Shown here in pieces: positions 7,863 to 17,275 of a stretch of DNA of 28,531 nucleotides (the first letter of the stretch is position 1; each line of letters starts with the position of its first letter). The position numbers were made by a program, and so were the translations under genes. The stretch covers positions 1-28,531 of IMG/VR virus record IMGVR_UViG_3300025099_000102. One strand, 5' to 3'. The notes under the pieces were generated by a model. It worked only from the letters and a program-made list of their open reading frames with translations, was not told the DNA's origin and did no database searches. This DNA is from a virus. Its lineage: Duplodnaviria; Caudoviricetes.

Positions 7863-8675
7863 GTGTCAAGACAGAAGAATATAATTGACTTTTGGCTTGA
7901 TCAAGCCGGCAGATTCCCTTTACTGCCTAAGGCTGAAGTCTTGCGATTAGCTAAAATTATTCAAAACCCAAAATCATCGGAAGTAGCAAGGGAAAGAGCA
8001 ATACAAAAATTGATTCGCCATAACTTGAAACTCGTTCCTGGGATTGCAAAGCGCATGACTGGTTCTATGAAGAGCTTTCGTCATGGTGATCATTGCTTGG
8101 CTGACTTATTCCAAGTAGGCGCAATTGGTCTACGCAGAGCAGCAGAAAAATTTGATCCGCAAAGAGGTTATACGTTCAGCACCTATGCAGTTTCATGGAT
8201 TAAGCAGGCAATTTATCGTGAGGCTTATGGCATGATTTCACCAATTCGTGTTCCAGAAAGTACGCTTCGAGATTACTACGATCACGAAAAAAGCAAGCAG
8301 TCTGGCGATGCTCCTGTGTTAACGGCAAGGAAAAGAGATCGTCTTGAAGATGCTTTCTTTGCTATGAATTGTATAAGTATTGACGTTCCACACAACAATG
8401 ACGAAGACAATGATTTTCACCAATTAATTGCGTCAAAAGTCTATAAAGTGGCCAAACCACGGATGACTTTCGATCAAATCATATCTAAAGCTTTTCTTAG
8501 TGATTTCCAGAAGAAAATACTGTATATGAAATATATGGAGAATTACTCTGCTTCCCAGATCGCAGAAGAGACTGGAGACAAGGTTAGCAAGGTTCGTGAC
8601 CATTTAAAAAGATCATTGAAATTAATTAGGAGACAAGGGATGTATAATGAAGAGGTAAATTCCCTTTTGGGCTAA
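7863..8675 (+). CDS. RNA polymerase sigma-70 family factor (RpoD/group 2-like)
   Basis: Region 1.2 (WLDQAGRFPLLPKAEVLRLA), region 2 (HNLKLV...DLFQVGAIGLRRAAEKFDPQRGYTFSTYAVSWIKQAI) and a region 4 HTH. The ORF track starts it at TTG 7830. Confidence 0.92.
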   Translation: MSRQKNIIDFWLDQAGRFPLLPKAEVLRLAKIIQNPKSSEVARERAIQKLIRHNLKLVPGIAKRMTGSMKSFRHGDHCLADLFQVGAIGLRRAAEKFDPQRGYTFSTYAVSWIKQAIYREAYGMISPIRVPESTLRDYYDHEKSKQSGDAPVLTARKRDRLEDAFFAMNCISIDVPHNNDEDNDFHQLIASKVYKVAKPRMTFDQIISKAFLSDFQKKILYMKYMENYSASQIAEETGDKVSKVRDHLKRSLKLIRRQGMYNEEVNSLLG

Positions 8676-8678
8676 TCA

Positions 8679-9026
8679 ATGGCTTCTATCAGCCTCTCTG
8701 GCAAAATTACCGGCAAAAAGTCGGACCCTGCAGTGACATTGCGTCAAGTAGGGGAGCTCTCAATTGCAGAATTTTCAGTACTGGATTCTGATTACGCATA
8801 CTTTAAAAACAGGGACGACAATCCTGGTCAGTTCTATAAGGTGCAAGTGGTAGGTAAAAATACTGACTGGCTATCTGAGAACTTGACCCATGGGAGCAAA
8901 GTCACTGTTCATGGTCAGCCTGTCTGGCGTGAATATAACGGCCAAAAGATTTTGGACGTTAAGAATGCTCGAGTAGTTTCTATGGACGATAGGAAGCCTG
9001 CAGCCGAAAGCAGCTCACTGTTTTAA
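8679..9026 (+). CDS. ssb: Single-stranded DNA-binding protein
   Basis: OB-fold pattern (ISLSGKI...FYKVQVVGK...LTHGSKVTVHGQ...REYNG) and a C-terminal LF tail. Confidence 0.82.
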   Translation: MASISLSGKITGKKSDPAVTLRQVGELSIAEFSVLDSDYAYFKNRDDNPGQFYKVQVVGKNTDWLSENLTHGSKVTVHGQPVWREYNGQKILDVKNARVVSMDDRKPAAESSSLF

Positions 9027-9066
9027 TCCTTTATGGATTTTAGCTACAATCTTCCTTGTCTCTGTT

Positions 9067-9098
9067 TGGGGGCTGTTATTGCAGCCTCCACTTTTTTT
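9067..9098 (+). terminator. Rho-independent terminator after ssb
   Basis: TGGGGGCTG/CAGCCTCCA stem (one G-U pair) followed by C-T7. Confidence 0.7.
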
Positions 9099-9127
9099 GT
9101 CCCAATTTTTATGGTAATAGATAGGCC

Positions 9128-9583
9128 ATGGACCCAAAATATTACGTCAGCGGAGCTGTCGGACCTTTCATTGACGAAACACCAATCATCTCTCACGCCA
9201 ACATCAAGCCCTATATTATTGCAATTCTTTTGCACCGAGGAGCTTGCACCTTCGGAGAAGTGCTTGCTTGTATAGCACCACACTGTGCAGACGTTGATAC
9301 TAAGATTGGCTTATGGGATGGTCTAGAGAATTATCACGTTCAAGATCGCAATAGGCTTGAGATTTTAATCGAAGAAGTATTAGGTGAAATGGTCTCTGGT
9401 GGTATTTTGAGGTATAATAATGAGCAAGACCTTTGGGTTTTATCCGTAGGCGAAAACCACAGGAACGTCCCTACGATAATCAACTGGGTCTCGGCTACAG
9501 GAGCGCAGATGCCTCATCATGTCATCCTGGAAATGTCTCAAGATGAAATTATCCGGTCTAACAAAACACATGCACACAACTGA
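9128..9583 (+). CDS. Hypothetical protein, possibly winged-helix
   Basis: 151-aa ORF on the operon strand; the EEVLGEMVSGGILRY..WVL segment is wHTH-like. Confidence 0.6.
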   Translation: MDPKYYVSGAVGPFIDETPIISHANIKPYIIAILLHRGACTFGEVLACIAPHCADVDTKIGLWDGLENYHVQDRNRLEILIEEVLGEMVSGGILRYNNEQDLWVLSVGENHRNVPTIINWVSATGAQMPHHVILEMSQDEIIRSNKTHAHN

Positions 9584-9809
9584 AATTCCAAACATCAAAA
9601 AAGCTGAGCTTGATGTGATTGCTTGGATGAACAAGTCTCCTCATCCGATGCCTGTATTCAGTCATGATGAGATTGTTTATGTTTTGAGGAAGACTGCTTG
9701 GCATAAAGCGAGAGTAATTACTAGTTCACAAAACGGTTGCCAGTTACAATTAGTAGAGAGCAAAGAAGCCTTCAATCTTTATGATGCAAGATGTATCCGG
9801 CCGGCTTGA
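9570..9809 (+). CDS. Hypothetical protein
   Basis: Fills the gap between neighbours. ATG 9570 is preferred over 9519 because it gives less overlap. Confidence 0.55.
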   Translation: MHTTEIPNIKKAELDVIAWMNKSPHPMPVFSHDEIVYVLRKTAWHKARVITSSQNGCQLQLVESKEAFNLYDARCIRPA

Positions 9810-10158
9810 AATAGCAGCTGTTTGCGACGACATAAAACAGTTGTTGCTTGAAAAAAACGCTAAGTATGGCAATAGTGCTTTAAATCCAGTCAGGATTTTT
9901 AGTGGAGATTCAACTATTAGCCAATTGCTCGTCAGGATTGATGACAAGCTGAGTAGGATCAAACGAGGTGCTGGCTTATTAGCTGCAGACGAAGATGTCA
10001 TCAATGATTTGATTGGCTACTTAGTGCTTTTAAAAGTGGCTATGAATAGAGAGAACAAACTCCAAGTTGAATATGATCAAATACTTGACTTTGCTTTCTT
10101 AGATGATTTAGATCAAGATCCGAGTCAATGGCAGCAGTATCGCAACACTGACATATGA
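9781..10158 (+). CDS. Nucleotide modification associated domain protein (DUF1599/Nmad1-like)
   Basis: LLLEKNAKYGNSALNPVRIFS...VRIDDKLSRI...DLIGYLVL motif. Confidence 0.75.
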   Translation: MMQDVSGRLEIAAVCDDIKQLLLEKNAKYGNSALNPVRIFSGDSTISQLLVRIDDKLSRIKRGAGLLAADEDVINDLIGYLVLLKVAMNRENKLQVEYDQILDFAFLDDLDQDPSQWQQYRNTDI

Positions 10159-10508
10159 ACTACCCAGAAATCATTCTGCCGATCAAACTAATGTCTAAGG
10201 CACGTCCTAGAGTCACCAGAAATGGCACCTATATGCCTAAGCCTTATCAAGATTGGCGTAAGGAATGCAGCAACCTACTAAAAAATGCTTGGGACTTAGA
10301 GCCAATTGACCATCCTATTTCCGTTGAGATTGAGTGTTATGGCACTGCTCGTGGCGACATCGACAACTACATGGGAGCACTGTTCGATACGGCCAACAAA
10401 ATCTTGTGGGTCGACGACCGCGCTTCCATCATCCAGAAGGCATCAATCTCGTATTTCAAGAGGCCAACAGCAGAAAGTTGCTGGAAGATCCGTATCTATG
10501 ACTTATAG
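10155..10508 (+). CDS. rusA: RusA-like Holliday junction resolvase
   Basis: SKARPRVTR..TYMP and GDIDNY...D...WVDD catalytic Asp pattern. Confidence 0.85.
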   Translation: MNYPEIILPIKLMSKARPRVTRNGTYMPKPYQDWRKECSNLLKNAWDLEPIDHPISVEIECYGTARGDIDNYMGALFDTANKILWVDDRASIIQKASISYFKRPTAESCWKIRIYDL

Positions 10509-10539
10509 CTAAGTTAGATTGAAGGTAGTAAGTTTTTTC

Positions 10540-11421
10540 ATGCAATCCTCTGATGTAGAGATTTGCTATCTGCAGGCTGACCCTGAATATAGAAAAGCAA
10601 GAGGGCAGAGTCAATCACATTTAAAGACTATTCTTAGGAGCCCCGCTCATTATGTTAGCGCTGGCAAGCACGGATTGATTCCGTCCCCTGCGATGATTAT
10701 GGGCACAGCCGTGCATTGCAAGCTTTTAGAAGGAGAAGATACTTTCGCAGCACAATTTACGCAACGCCCTGAAGGCATTAAGTTCACTACAAAAGAGGGT
10801 AAAGACTGGAGAGCTGCTAATAGCAAGAAAAGAATTCTTACTAACGACGGTAGAGATCGCCAATGGGACTCTGTAGTTGGCATGGTCGATGCCTTACGAG
10901 GCTTGGAATGGTTTGACACTAGCCTGCAAGATTATCGTAAATACAACGAAGTTTCGATTTACTGGAACGACGACAATATTGCCTGCAAGGCAAGGCTTGA
11001 CCGTGTCATTCCATTAGAAAACGAAACACTGGTCCTTGACCTCAAAACTACTGACAACATTTCGCCAACAAAGTTTCAATCAAAGGTAGTTGATCTTGGC
11101 TACGATTTCCAGGCTGCTTGGTATTCTCATGCTGCTGAAATTGCATTCGGCAAGCCAGTGCGATTTATTTTTGTAGCAATCGAAAGAAGTGCTCCATACA
11201 CTATTGACTTTTTCGAGGCTCCAAGGTACATGATCAATGAAGCACGGTACAAGAATCAAAAGGCACTAAGAATCCTTAAGGAATGCAAAGAGAAGAATGA
11301 GTGGCCCACTCGACAGCCAAGCTTGAAGCTAGTAGATTATCCGAAGTGGTACACGCCTATCTCCCGCGATGATCAGTCCCCTGTCACCAACAAAAAAGAT
11401 GGATTCGTACCGCTCTTCTGA
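10540..11421 (+). CDS. RecE/ExoVIII-like PD-(D/E)XK exonuclease (DUF3799)
   Basis: SQSHLKTIL, GTAVHCKLLE, CKARLDR, DLKTT and YDFQAAWY motifs. The ORF track gives TTG 10519. Confidence 0.88.
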   Translation: MQSSDVEICYLQADPEYRKARGQSQSHLKTILRSPAHYVSAGKHGLIPSPAMIMGTAVHCKLLEGEDTFAAQFTQRPEGIKFTTKEGKDWRAANSKKRILTNDGRDRQWDSVVGMVDALRGLEWFDTSLQDYRKYNEVSIYWNDDNIACKARLDRVIPLENETLVLDLKTTDNISPTKFQSKVVDLGYDFQAAWYSHAAEIAFGKPVRFIFVAIERSAPYTIDFFEAPRYMINEARYKNQKALRILKECKEKNEWPTRQPSLKLVDYPKWYTPISRDDQSPVTNKKDGFVPLF

Positions 11422-12049
11422 TTGCAAGCTTGTATGGATCACTCCAGACGCCGAGGAAATGATTGCTTATCTAGCAAGAGTTTCCAATCCCACTAATCAA
11501 AACAGTAAAGAAACAGCGCCTAAGTTAATTCGATATTTGATCAAACATAGCCATTGGTCACCATTTGAAATGGCTACAATGTGCGTAGAAATTAATACAA
11601 CCCGTGCTATTGCACAGCAAATTATACGTCATCGTAGTTTTTCGTTTCAGGAATTTTCTCAAAGATATTCTGATGTAGGACAGCTTGGTGATTCAATCAT
11701 TCCTCATCTTCGCCGGCAAGACAAAAGCAATCGGCAAAATTCAATCAATGATCTTAGCCAAGAGGAAGTTGGTGGTTTTTACCGTAGAATTAGCGAGTTA
11801 TTCGAGAATTCTGAGCATCTTTATAAAGAGATGGTTAGTTCCGGTATTGCCAAAGAGTGTGCAAGGGCTGTCTTGCCTTTAAATACACGTACACGTTTAT
11901 ATATGAGTGGCACAGTTCGCTCATGGATTCATTATTTAGACATTAGAGCTAGTCCTGAGACCCAACTAGAACATCGTCAAGTTGCTGAAGATGTTTTAAC
12001 TATTTTTGAACAAGAGATGCCTGACGTTTACGAAGCTGCTTTTACCTAA
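11399..12049 (+). CDS. thyX: FAD-dependent thymidylate synthase
   Basis: HWSPFE, the ThyX signature RHRSFSFQEFSQRY, KECARAVLP and TQLEHR. Confidence 0.97.
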   Translation: MDSYRSSDCKLVWITPDAEEMIAYLARVSNPTNQNSKETAPKLIRYLIKHSHWSPFEMATMCVEINTTRAIAQQIIRHRSFSFQEFSQRYSDVGQLGDSIIPHLRRQDKSNRQNSINDLSQEEVGGFYRRISELFENSEHLYKEMVSSGIAKECARAVLPLNTRTRLYMSGTVRSWIHYLDIRASPETQLEHRQVAEDVLTIFEQEMPDVYEAAFT

Positions 12050-12081
12050 AACGGTATCCTAGCCCGATTTAGAGTGTAAGA

Positions 12082-12666
12082 GTGGCCATCCATTGTTATG
12101 ATTTTAGGCGTGGGTATGAAGTCAAGCCGCGTTATGGAAAGCATGAGTCTGCTGATCAGTACTCTGCATTTCAAAATTATTTGCATATGGGTGGCCAGCG
12201 GACCCATGACCCTGTAGCGAAAATATTTAAGGTTGACCCGCAGACCATTAAGAATTGGGCTAAAAAATATAACTGGGAGAAACGTGCAGCGCAGTGGGAT
12301 AAGGAACAGATTGCTTTGACCTGGAAGGACGCAGAAAAGATTCGAGAGCAAAAGCATAAAAGATCCATTGTTGAGTTCAGGGATGCCTCTGAACGGCAGG
12401 CAAGGATGATGATGGAGATCTCAGAAGACCTTTTAGGGGTCTTAACTAAACGTGTTAAAGACGCCCAAGACCAGGGGGAAGAAGTGCCATTGCCACTCGT
12501 GTCAGGGTTGTTACGTGCTACTGCAAACATCACAGAGCAGTCTCGTCAGGCTTGGGCTTCTGCTTTGGGAGTAGAGGATATGTTACAGCTAGTAGAACAA
12601 GAACTTGATAGAGTACAGGTTGAAGAGCTTGATGAAGACGAGGATGAAATTATTATCGATGAATAA
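12082..12666 (+). CDS. terS: Putative terminase small subunit
   Basis: ES..YSAFQNYL..G..R..HTH..WAKKYNWEKRAAQWD pattern, coiled coil and acidic tail; upstream of terL. Confidence 0.65.
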   Translation: MAIHCYDFRRGYEVKPRYGKHESADQYSAFQNYLHMGGQRTHDPVAKIFKVDPQTIKNWAKKYNWEKRAAQWDKEQIALTWKDAEKIREQKHKRSIVEFRDASERQARMMMEISEDLLGVLTKRVKDAQDQGEEVPLPLVSGLLRATANITEQSRQAWASALGVEDMLQLVEQELDRVQVEELDEDEDEIIIDE

Positions 12667-12811
12667 GCTGCCATTGATTACTGTGCAACAGAAAGACGAC
12701 GGTACATTTGTTCTAGAGTGGGACGAAACAGATCCTCGTTGCCAAGAATTCAACGACTGGACTGAAGAGGATTGGAGTAAAGCGATTGAAGATGGACTGG
12801 CAAAATTCTAA
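12659..12811 (+). CDS. Small acidic hypothetical protein (50 aa)
   Basis: MNKLPLITVQQKDDGTFVLEWDETDPR...; overlaps the terS stop and abuts the terL start. Confidence 0.65.
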   Translation: MNKLPLITVQQKDDGTFVLEWDETDPRCQEFNDWTEEDWSKAIEDGLAKF

Positions 12812-14335
12812 ATGGCACAGAAGTTAGGCAAAGATTATTTGCGTAAATCGGCGCAAAATCAAGCGATGCTTAAGGCATTGCGCGACAAGAAGCTGCAATC
12901 AAAAGAAAAGGGAGATCGCATTTTACTTCATAAATTCATTAAAGAAGTTTATCCAAATTATAAATTCTATAAGTTCCACGCAACATTAATTAAGCAGCTA
13001 CAGCGAATTATTGATGGAGATTGCGATCGTTTGATCTTACAAGTCCCTCCACGTAGCGGAAAGAGCCTTTTAAGTTCAGTTTTGTTGCCAGCAGCATATC
13101 TACAGGCACATCCTGATCGTTTTGTAGGCATTTCTTCCTACTCGGCAGAGCTAAGTCAAGGTTTTTCTCGTAAGGCACGCGATTTTTATCGTGACGGCGG
13201 TGGTCAGCTAGATCCCTCGCAGCAAGCTGTTAATGCTTGGGGTACTCAGGGTGGTGGTGGATTATGGGCTGCAGGCGTTGGTGGCGCTATCACTGGTCGT
13301 TCCGGTCACTTACTGATCATCGATGACCCTGTAAAGAACAGGGAGGACGCTGAAAGCCAGCGGATGATGGATAAGCTTTGGGACTGGTATGCATCAACGC
13401 TATACACCCGTCTTGAACCAGAAGCTGGAGCGATCGTTGTTATTCAGACTAGATGGTCTGAGAATGACATGATTGGTCAGCTACTAGAGAACGAAAACAA
13501 CGTATCTGAGAAAGGTCGAGAGAACTGGACCATTGTTGACCTGCCGGCATTATTTGAGGACGAGGGCAATCGCCCGAAGCTTCCAGAGCACTGCGAAACG
13601 ATCCAGGACTGGCGTACAGAGGAAGGACAAGCACTATGCCCTCAAAGGTATGACGAAGACGATTACGAGCGTATTAGAGAGGCCATCGGGACAAGGGAAT
13701 TTGCATCTTTGTTTCAGCAACGTCCTGCTCCAGAAGGGGGCAACATGTTCGATCCCACTTGGTGGCAATACTATTCGCATGATTCTGTTATCCCTGATTT
13801 CGACAGAGTGATCTTGTCGATTGACTGTACGTTTACTGACGCGAAGAACAGTGACTATGTCGTGGGTCTAGTTGTTGGTCAATCTGGCCCATCGTTTTAT
13901 GTGCTTGATCTGTTCAGAGAAAAAACTGATGTCATTGGGACGATGAATATGATCGCCAGAATGTACAAGCGTCATCAGCTGGACGGAACAGTTATTGAGC
14001 TTGCAGCTAGTGGCTATGCGGTATATCAGATGGCAAGAAAGAAAGTTCCTGGTTTAATTGGCTTTAGACCAGAAAAAAGTAAGCAGGCTCGTGCTGCAGG
14101 CATTGTCCCAGTAGTTGAAGCTGGAAACGTATATTTACCTATCAGTACACCATGGCTTGATAATTTTGTTAGTGAATTTTCTTTGTTCCCTGCATCAAAA
14201 AATGACGACCAAGTCGATGCATTGACTATGGCTATTAATTATTCGCTGCAACGTGTGCCTCCGCAGATGACAGAAGTTACGTGGGGACGTGGAGATAGAG
14301 TAATAGAAGGAGTAAAAAGTTTCAACATCTGGTGA
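12812..14335 (+). CDS. terL: Terminase large subunit
   Basis: Walker A PPRSGKS, Walker B LLIIDDPVK, coupling motif IQTRW, and nuclease motifs SIDCTF and NDDQVDA. Confidence 0.96.
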   Translation: MAQKLGKDYLRKSAQNQAMLKALRDKKLQSKEKGDRILLHKFIKEVYPNYKFYKFHATLIKQLQRIIDGDCDRLILQVPPRSGKSLLSSVLLPAAYLQAHPDRFVGISSYSAELSQGFSRKARDFYRDGGGQLDPSQQAVNAWGTQGGGGLWAAGVGGAITGRSGHLLIIDDPVKNREDAESQRMMDKLWDWYASTLYTRLEPEAGAIVVIQTRWSENDMIGQLLENENNVSEKGRENWTIVDLPALFEDEGNRPKLPEHCETIQDWRTEEGQALCPQRYDEDDYERIREAIGTREFASLFQQRPAPEGGNMFDPTWWQYYSHDSVIPDFDRVILSIDCTFTDAKNSDYVVGLVVGQSGPSFYVLDLFREKTDVIGTMNMIARMYKRHQLDGTVIELAASGYAVYQMARKKVPGLIGFRPEKSKQARAAGIVPVVEAGNVYLPISTPWLDNFVSEFSLFPASKNDDQVDALTMAINYSLQRVPPQMTEVTWGRGDRVIEGVKSFNIW

Positions 14336-14361
14336 TAAAATGTGTCATAAGAGTAATTATT

Positions 14362-14982
14362 ATGGCACGGAAAGCAAAGAAGTTCAAGTTAAGCAAGGAG
14401 CAGCAATTGCTCGCTACAGAGAATATAAATCTTGCGCGAAGAGAGGCATGGAAGTTACAAAGAACCACAGACATTGATTACGACACCTTAGAAGGTGCAG
14501 CATTAGAAGGGTTGTGTAAAGCCGCTTATCGCTACAATCCAGAATCTGGATTTAAATTCAGCAGCCTTGCGGTGCCAACAATAAGAGGAGAACTACTCCA
14601 CTGGATCCGAGATAGAACTTACGCAATGAGACTTACCCATAAGATGCGTGAAAAGTGGATCAAGGGTAGACGCCTTATGTATCGAGGCATGAATGATCTA
14701 GATGTAGCAAAAGAACTCGAAATTCCCATCTCTGAATGGCAAGAGATTAAAAGCGTTTGTTCTGGTCCACCGCTTGAAATTAATGACCACGCTAGTCCGA
14801 CAGACAGTCTTGAACCTGATGAGATCAATTTTGCTGAGCAATTTAATGTTCGTGCTGAACATTCATGGAATCTTTTGAACTCAAAGCACAAGAAATTGAT
14901 TTTGGATTATTTTTGTAGTAAAACGAATAACTTACCTGTTGAATCAATTAACGAATTTTTATATAACTACACAAATGGCTAA
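14362..14982 (+). CDS. Second sigma factor (SigF/SigB-like), region 4 apparently truncated
   Basis: ENINLAR...EGLCKAAYRYNPESGFKFSSLAVPTIRGELLHWIRD (region 2, SigB/F/G type) and DLDVAKELEIPISEWQE (region 3). Confidence 0.85.
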   Translation: MARKAKKFKLSKEQQLLATENINLARREAWKLQRTTDIDYDTLEGAALEGLCKAAYRYNPESGFKFSSLAVPTIRGELLHWIRDRTYAMRLTHKMREKWIKGRRLMYRGMNDLDVAKELEIPISEWQEIKSVCSGPPLEINDHASPTDSLEPDEINFAEQFNVRAEHSWNLLNSKHKKLILDYFCSKTNNLPVESINEFLYNYTNG

Positions 14983-15068
14983 ATATTAGCGCAAGTCTTA
15001 AAAGAATTAGTTGACCATCATCATAACAACTACCGGTCTATAGCCTGTGCTCGATTTGGCGACCCTTA

Positions 15069-16640
15069 GTGTCAGTATCTCAAGAAACAATTAGAAAGCT
15101 TAAGTCTTTAGCTGTATCAGATGTACTGCAGAATGATGGCACCTACTTAAAAAAGGTTGGCAGGGAATTCGTAACCCAATGCTTATGGCATGAAGATCGA
15201 AATCCTTCTTTGACTGTCAGCGACGACAAAGGCTTTGTTTTTTGCCACGTTTGCCAGCATCATGACGATGCAATTGGATTCATAGCTCAAAAGCATGGGA
15301 TTACATTCGCTGAAGCATGCGAAAAAATTGGTGCCGGAAGCAATATTACTGTTGAGCACACGAACGAGAACAAGGAAGAGGTATCTAAAAAGAAAAGAAT
15401 TCGCCAGGAAGCTATTGATACTGTCGCTGAAATGCAAAAACAGTATCGGCAAGACCTGCAACTACATAGCGAATCGACTGATTTTTTGAAAGAACGCGAG
15501 ATATTGCCAGAAACATCAAGGTTTTTTGGTTTTGGATATGATTTAAAGCAAAAACGTATCACTCTTCCTATAAGTAATCATATCGGAAATCATGTTGGCT
15601 TCGTTGCTAGAACTATTATCAAAGATGTAAAACCAAAGTATAAAAATACTGAAAATAATGCAATCTTCAATAAGTCAGACATTGTTTTTAACGAATATCG
15701 AGCTGCTGAACACATACGTTCTGCAGATGAATGTATATTTGTTGAAGGCCACTTAGATGTTGTGTCACTTTGGCAGTCAGGCATAAAGAATGTTGTTGCA
15801 TTGCAAGGCACTGCATCACCTTCTGAAAACGTTTTGCGAAGGATGATCAGAAAAACAAAAAGATTTGTGCTTTGTATGGACTCTGATGCCGGCGGCGTAA
15901 AGGCCATTGGCAAGTTCCTCGACACCGTCAAAAGTTATACCTTGCAGGGAGAATTAGATGTACGAATTGCGGTATTGCCTGACGGCATGGACCCAGACGA
16001 TTTTATAAAAAGCGGTGGCCAACTTTCTACTTTGATATCAAACGCTCAGTCATGGCTTGACTGGATTTTAGATCAATGGCTCAACAGTCTTGATTTTAAG
16101 GATGAGCTAAAAATTCAAGAAGTAGAAAAGCATATTAAAGATTTATTTTCTCAAATTAGTAGTCCAGCACTAAGATCACACTATTATGACAAGGCGTCTA
16201 TTCGTTTAGCACAAAACAAACAATCGTTAGCAGCAGAAATATCCAAGGGCTTCCATGATTTTAAGACTTCTTCTGTGAAAATAAAGACTTGGACTAAGCC
16301 TGGTTTTGAACATACCAGGAAAATTGTTGAAAGAAGATTGCTCCGCCTTTATATTCATAATGTTGAATTTAGATGGATACTAAAGCCATTAATGCAACAG
16401 CTTTACTTCCCGCAAATGAAGTGGTTATGGCGCAGAATAGAGGAGGTTCAAAACCATACAGATAATGATTTTTGTCACCATGCTTTGATGGCAATCTTAT
16501 GCAGCGCAGAGCCAGTATATATGCAAACATTGCGATCAATTGTCTGCCCTTCAATTTCTGTAGAAGACAGCGAACTTTCTATTGCTCACATTGAAACTGT
16601 GATGACAATTACTCCTGAAGATTATGCATTACAATCGTAA
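15069..16640 (+). CDS. dnaG: DNA primase (CHC2 zinc finger + TOPRIM)
   Basis: CLWHEDRNPSL...CHVC zinc finger, KYKNT, VEGHLDV, DSDAGG and DPDD. Confidence 0.95.
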   Translation: MSVSQETIRKLKSLAVSDVLQNDGTYLKKVGREFVTQCLWHEDRNPSLTVSDDKGFVFCHVCQHHDDAIGFIAQKHGITFAEACEKIGAGSNITVEHTNENKEEVSKKKRIRQEAIDTVAEMQKQYRQDLQLHSESTDFLKEREILPETSRFFGFGYDLKQKRITLPISNHIGNHVGFVARTIIKDVKPKYKNTENNAIFNKSDIVFNEYRAAEHIRSADECIFVEGHLDVVSLWQSGIKNVVALQGTASPSENVLRRMIRKTKRFVLCMDSDAGGVKAIGKFLDTVKSYTLQGELDVRIAVLPDGMDPDDFIKSGGQLSTLISNAQSWLDWILDQWLNSLDFKDELKIQEVEKHIKDLFSQISSPALRSHYYDKASIRLAQNKQSLAAEISKGFHDFKTSSVKIKTWTKPGFEHTRKIVERRLLRLYIHNVEFRWILKPLMQQLYFPQMKWLWRRIEEVQNHTDNDFCHHALMAILCSAEPVYMQTLRSIVCPSISVEDSELSIAHIETVMTITPEDYALQS

Positions 16641-16663
16641 TATGAAGTGTAGCTTCTGTACCG

Positions 16664-16810
16664 ATGTTTTCAGCTAAAAAGACTACTTTTGAAAGTCACG
16701 CACCAAAGCGTACAAGGATTGGCGATGGTCGGCGTACCCGCACACGAATTAATCAAGGTCGCCTCAAGAGGAGCCCTAATCGGAAACCCTATAGAGGACA
16801 AGGGAAATAG
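16664..16810 (+). CDS. Small basic cyanophage-type protein ending YRGQGK (48 aa, not in ORF track)
   Basis: Translated by hand: MFSAKKTTFESHAPKRTRIGDGRRTRTRINQGRLKRSPNRKPYRGQGK. The PKxTRxG...YRGQG pattern is recalled from cyanophage proteins. Confidence 0.75.
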   Translation: MFSAKKTTFESHAPKRTRIGDGRRTRTRINQGRLKRSPNRKPYRGQGK

Positions 16811-16815
16811 GCAAA

Positions 16816-17082
16816 ATGCCGCAGGTTGTAGATGCTCTTTGGCAATTGATTCGTCAGCGCCAGATCGCTGAAGCGACTGCAGTTCTTTTTTGTCATCACA
16901 AAAGTCGCCTTGGCTTTTGGGTCAAATTAAAATCTGAGCTTTTACGCTCTTGCGATAATCATTTTGATCTTTTTTTGATCGCTACTCTGTTAGACGCTTC
17001 GACCAAAGATACCCTTGAAGAGTCCTGCCATTTTATTCCAGGACTTTATTCTCTGACTTGCAGGCACAACCATGACCTCTAA
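16816..17082 (+). CDS. Hypothetical protein
   Basis: ATG 5 nt after the previous stop, on the operon strand. Confidence 0.55.
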   Translation: MPQVVDALWQLIRQRQIAEATAVLFCHHKSRLGFWVKLKSELLRSCDNHFDLFLIATLLDASTKDTLEESCHFIPGLYSLTCRHNHDL

Positions 17083-17224
17083 AGTTTTCAAAAAAACAGT
17101 CGTAGAGCAACCATCAAATCGTGCTGATAAGCGCCCTACAAGTGAGACTCATCGGCGAGAATATTGGGAACGCTTCTGTAGCGAAAACCCTTCTTATCAT
17201 TCTTGCAAAATACACGACAATTGA
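17072..17224 (+). CDS. CP12-like peptide with C-terminal Cx8C motif (50 aa, not in ORF track)
   Basis: Translated by hand: MTSKVFKKTVVEQPSNRADKRPTSETHRREYWERFCSENPSYHSCKIHDN. The end resembles the CP12 consensus (F/Y)CxxNPxxxECxxYD. Confidence 0.6.
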   Translation: MTSKVFKKTVVEQPSNRADKRPTSETHRREYWERFCSENPSYHSCKIHDN

Positions 17225-17275
17225 CTGACAAACAGTAAGACTGCGGTAAACTATTCTTACCGTCACCAAGGCGAA

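Noticed and set aside
9033-9283. ORFs 9033..9275 (+) and 9044..9283 (-)
   Set aside because: They run through the ssb terminator and overlap 9128..9583 extensively, with no recognisable motifs.
16689-16871. ORF-track 60-aa TTG ORF
   Set aside because: The overlapping ATG frame 16664..16810 has a recognisable YRGQGK family motif and fits the gene spacing better.
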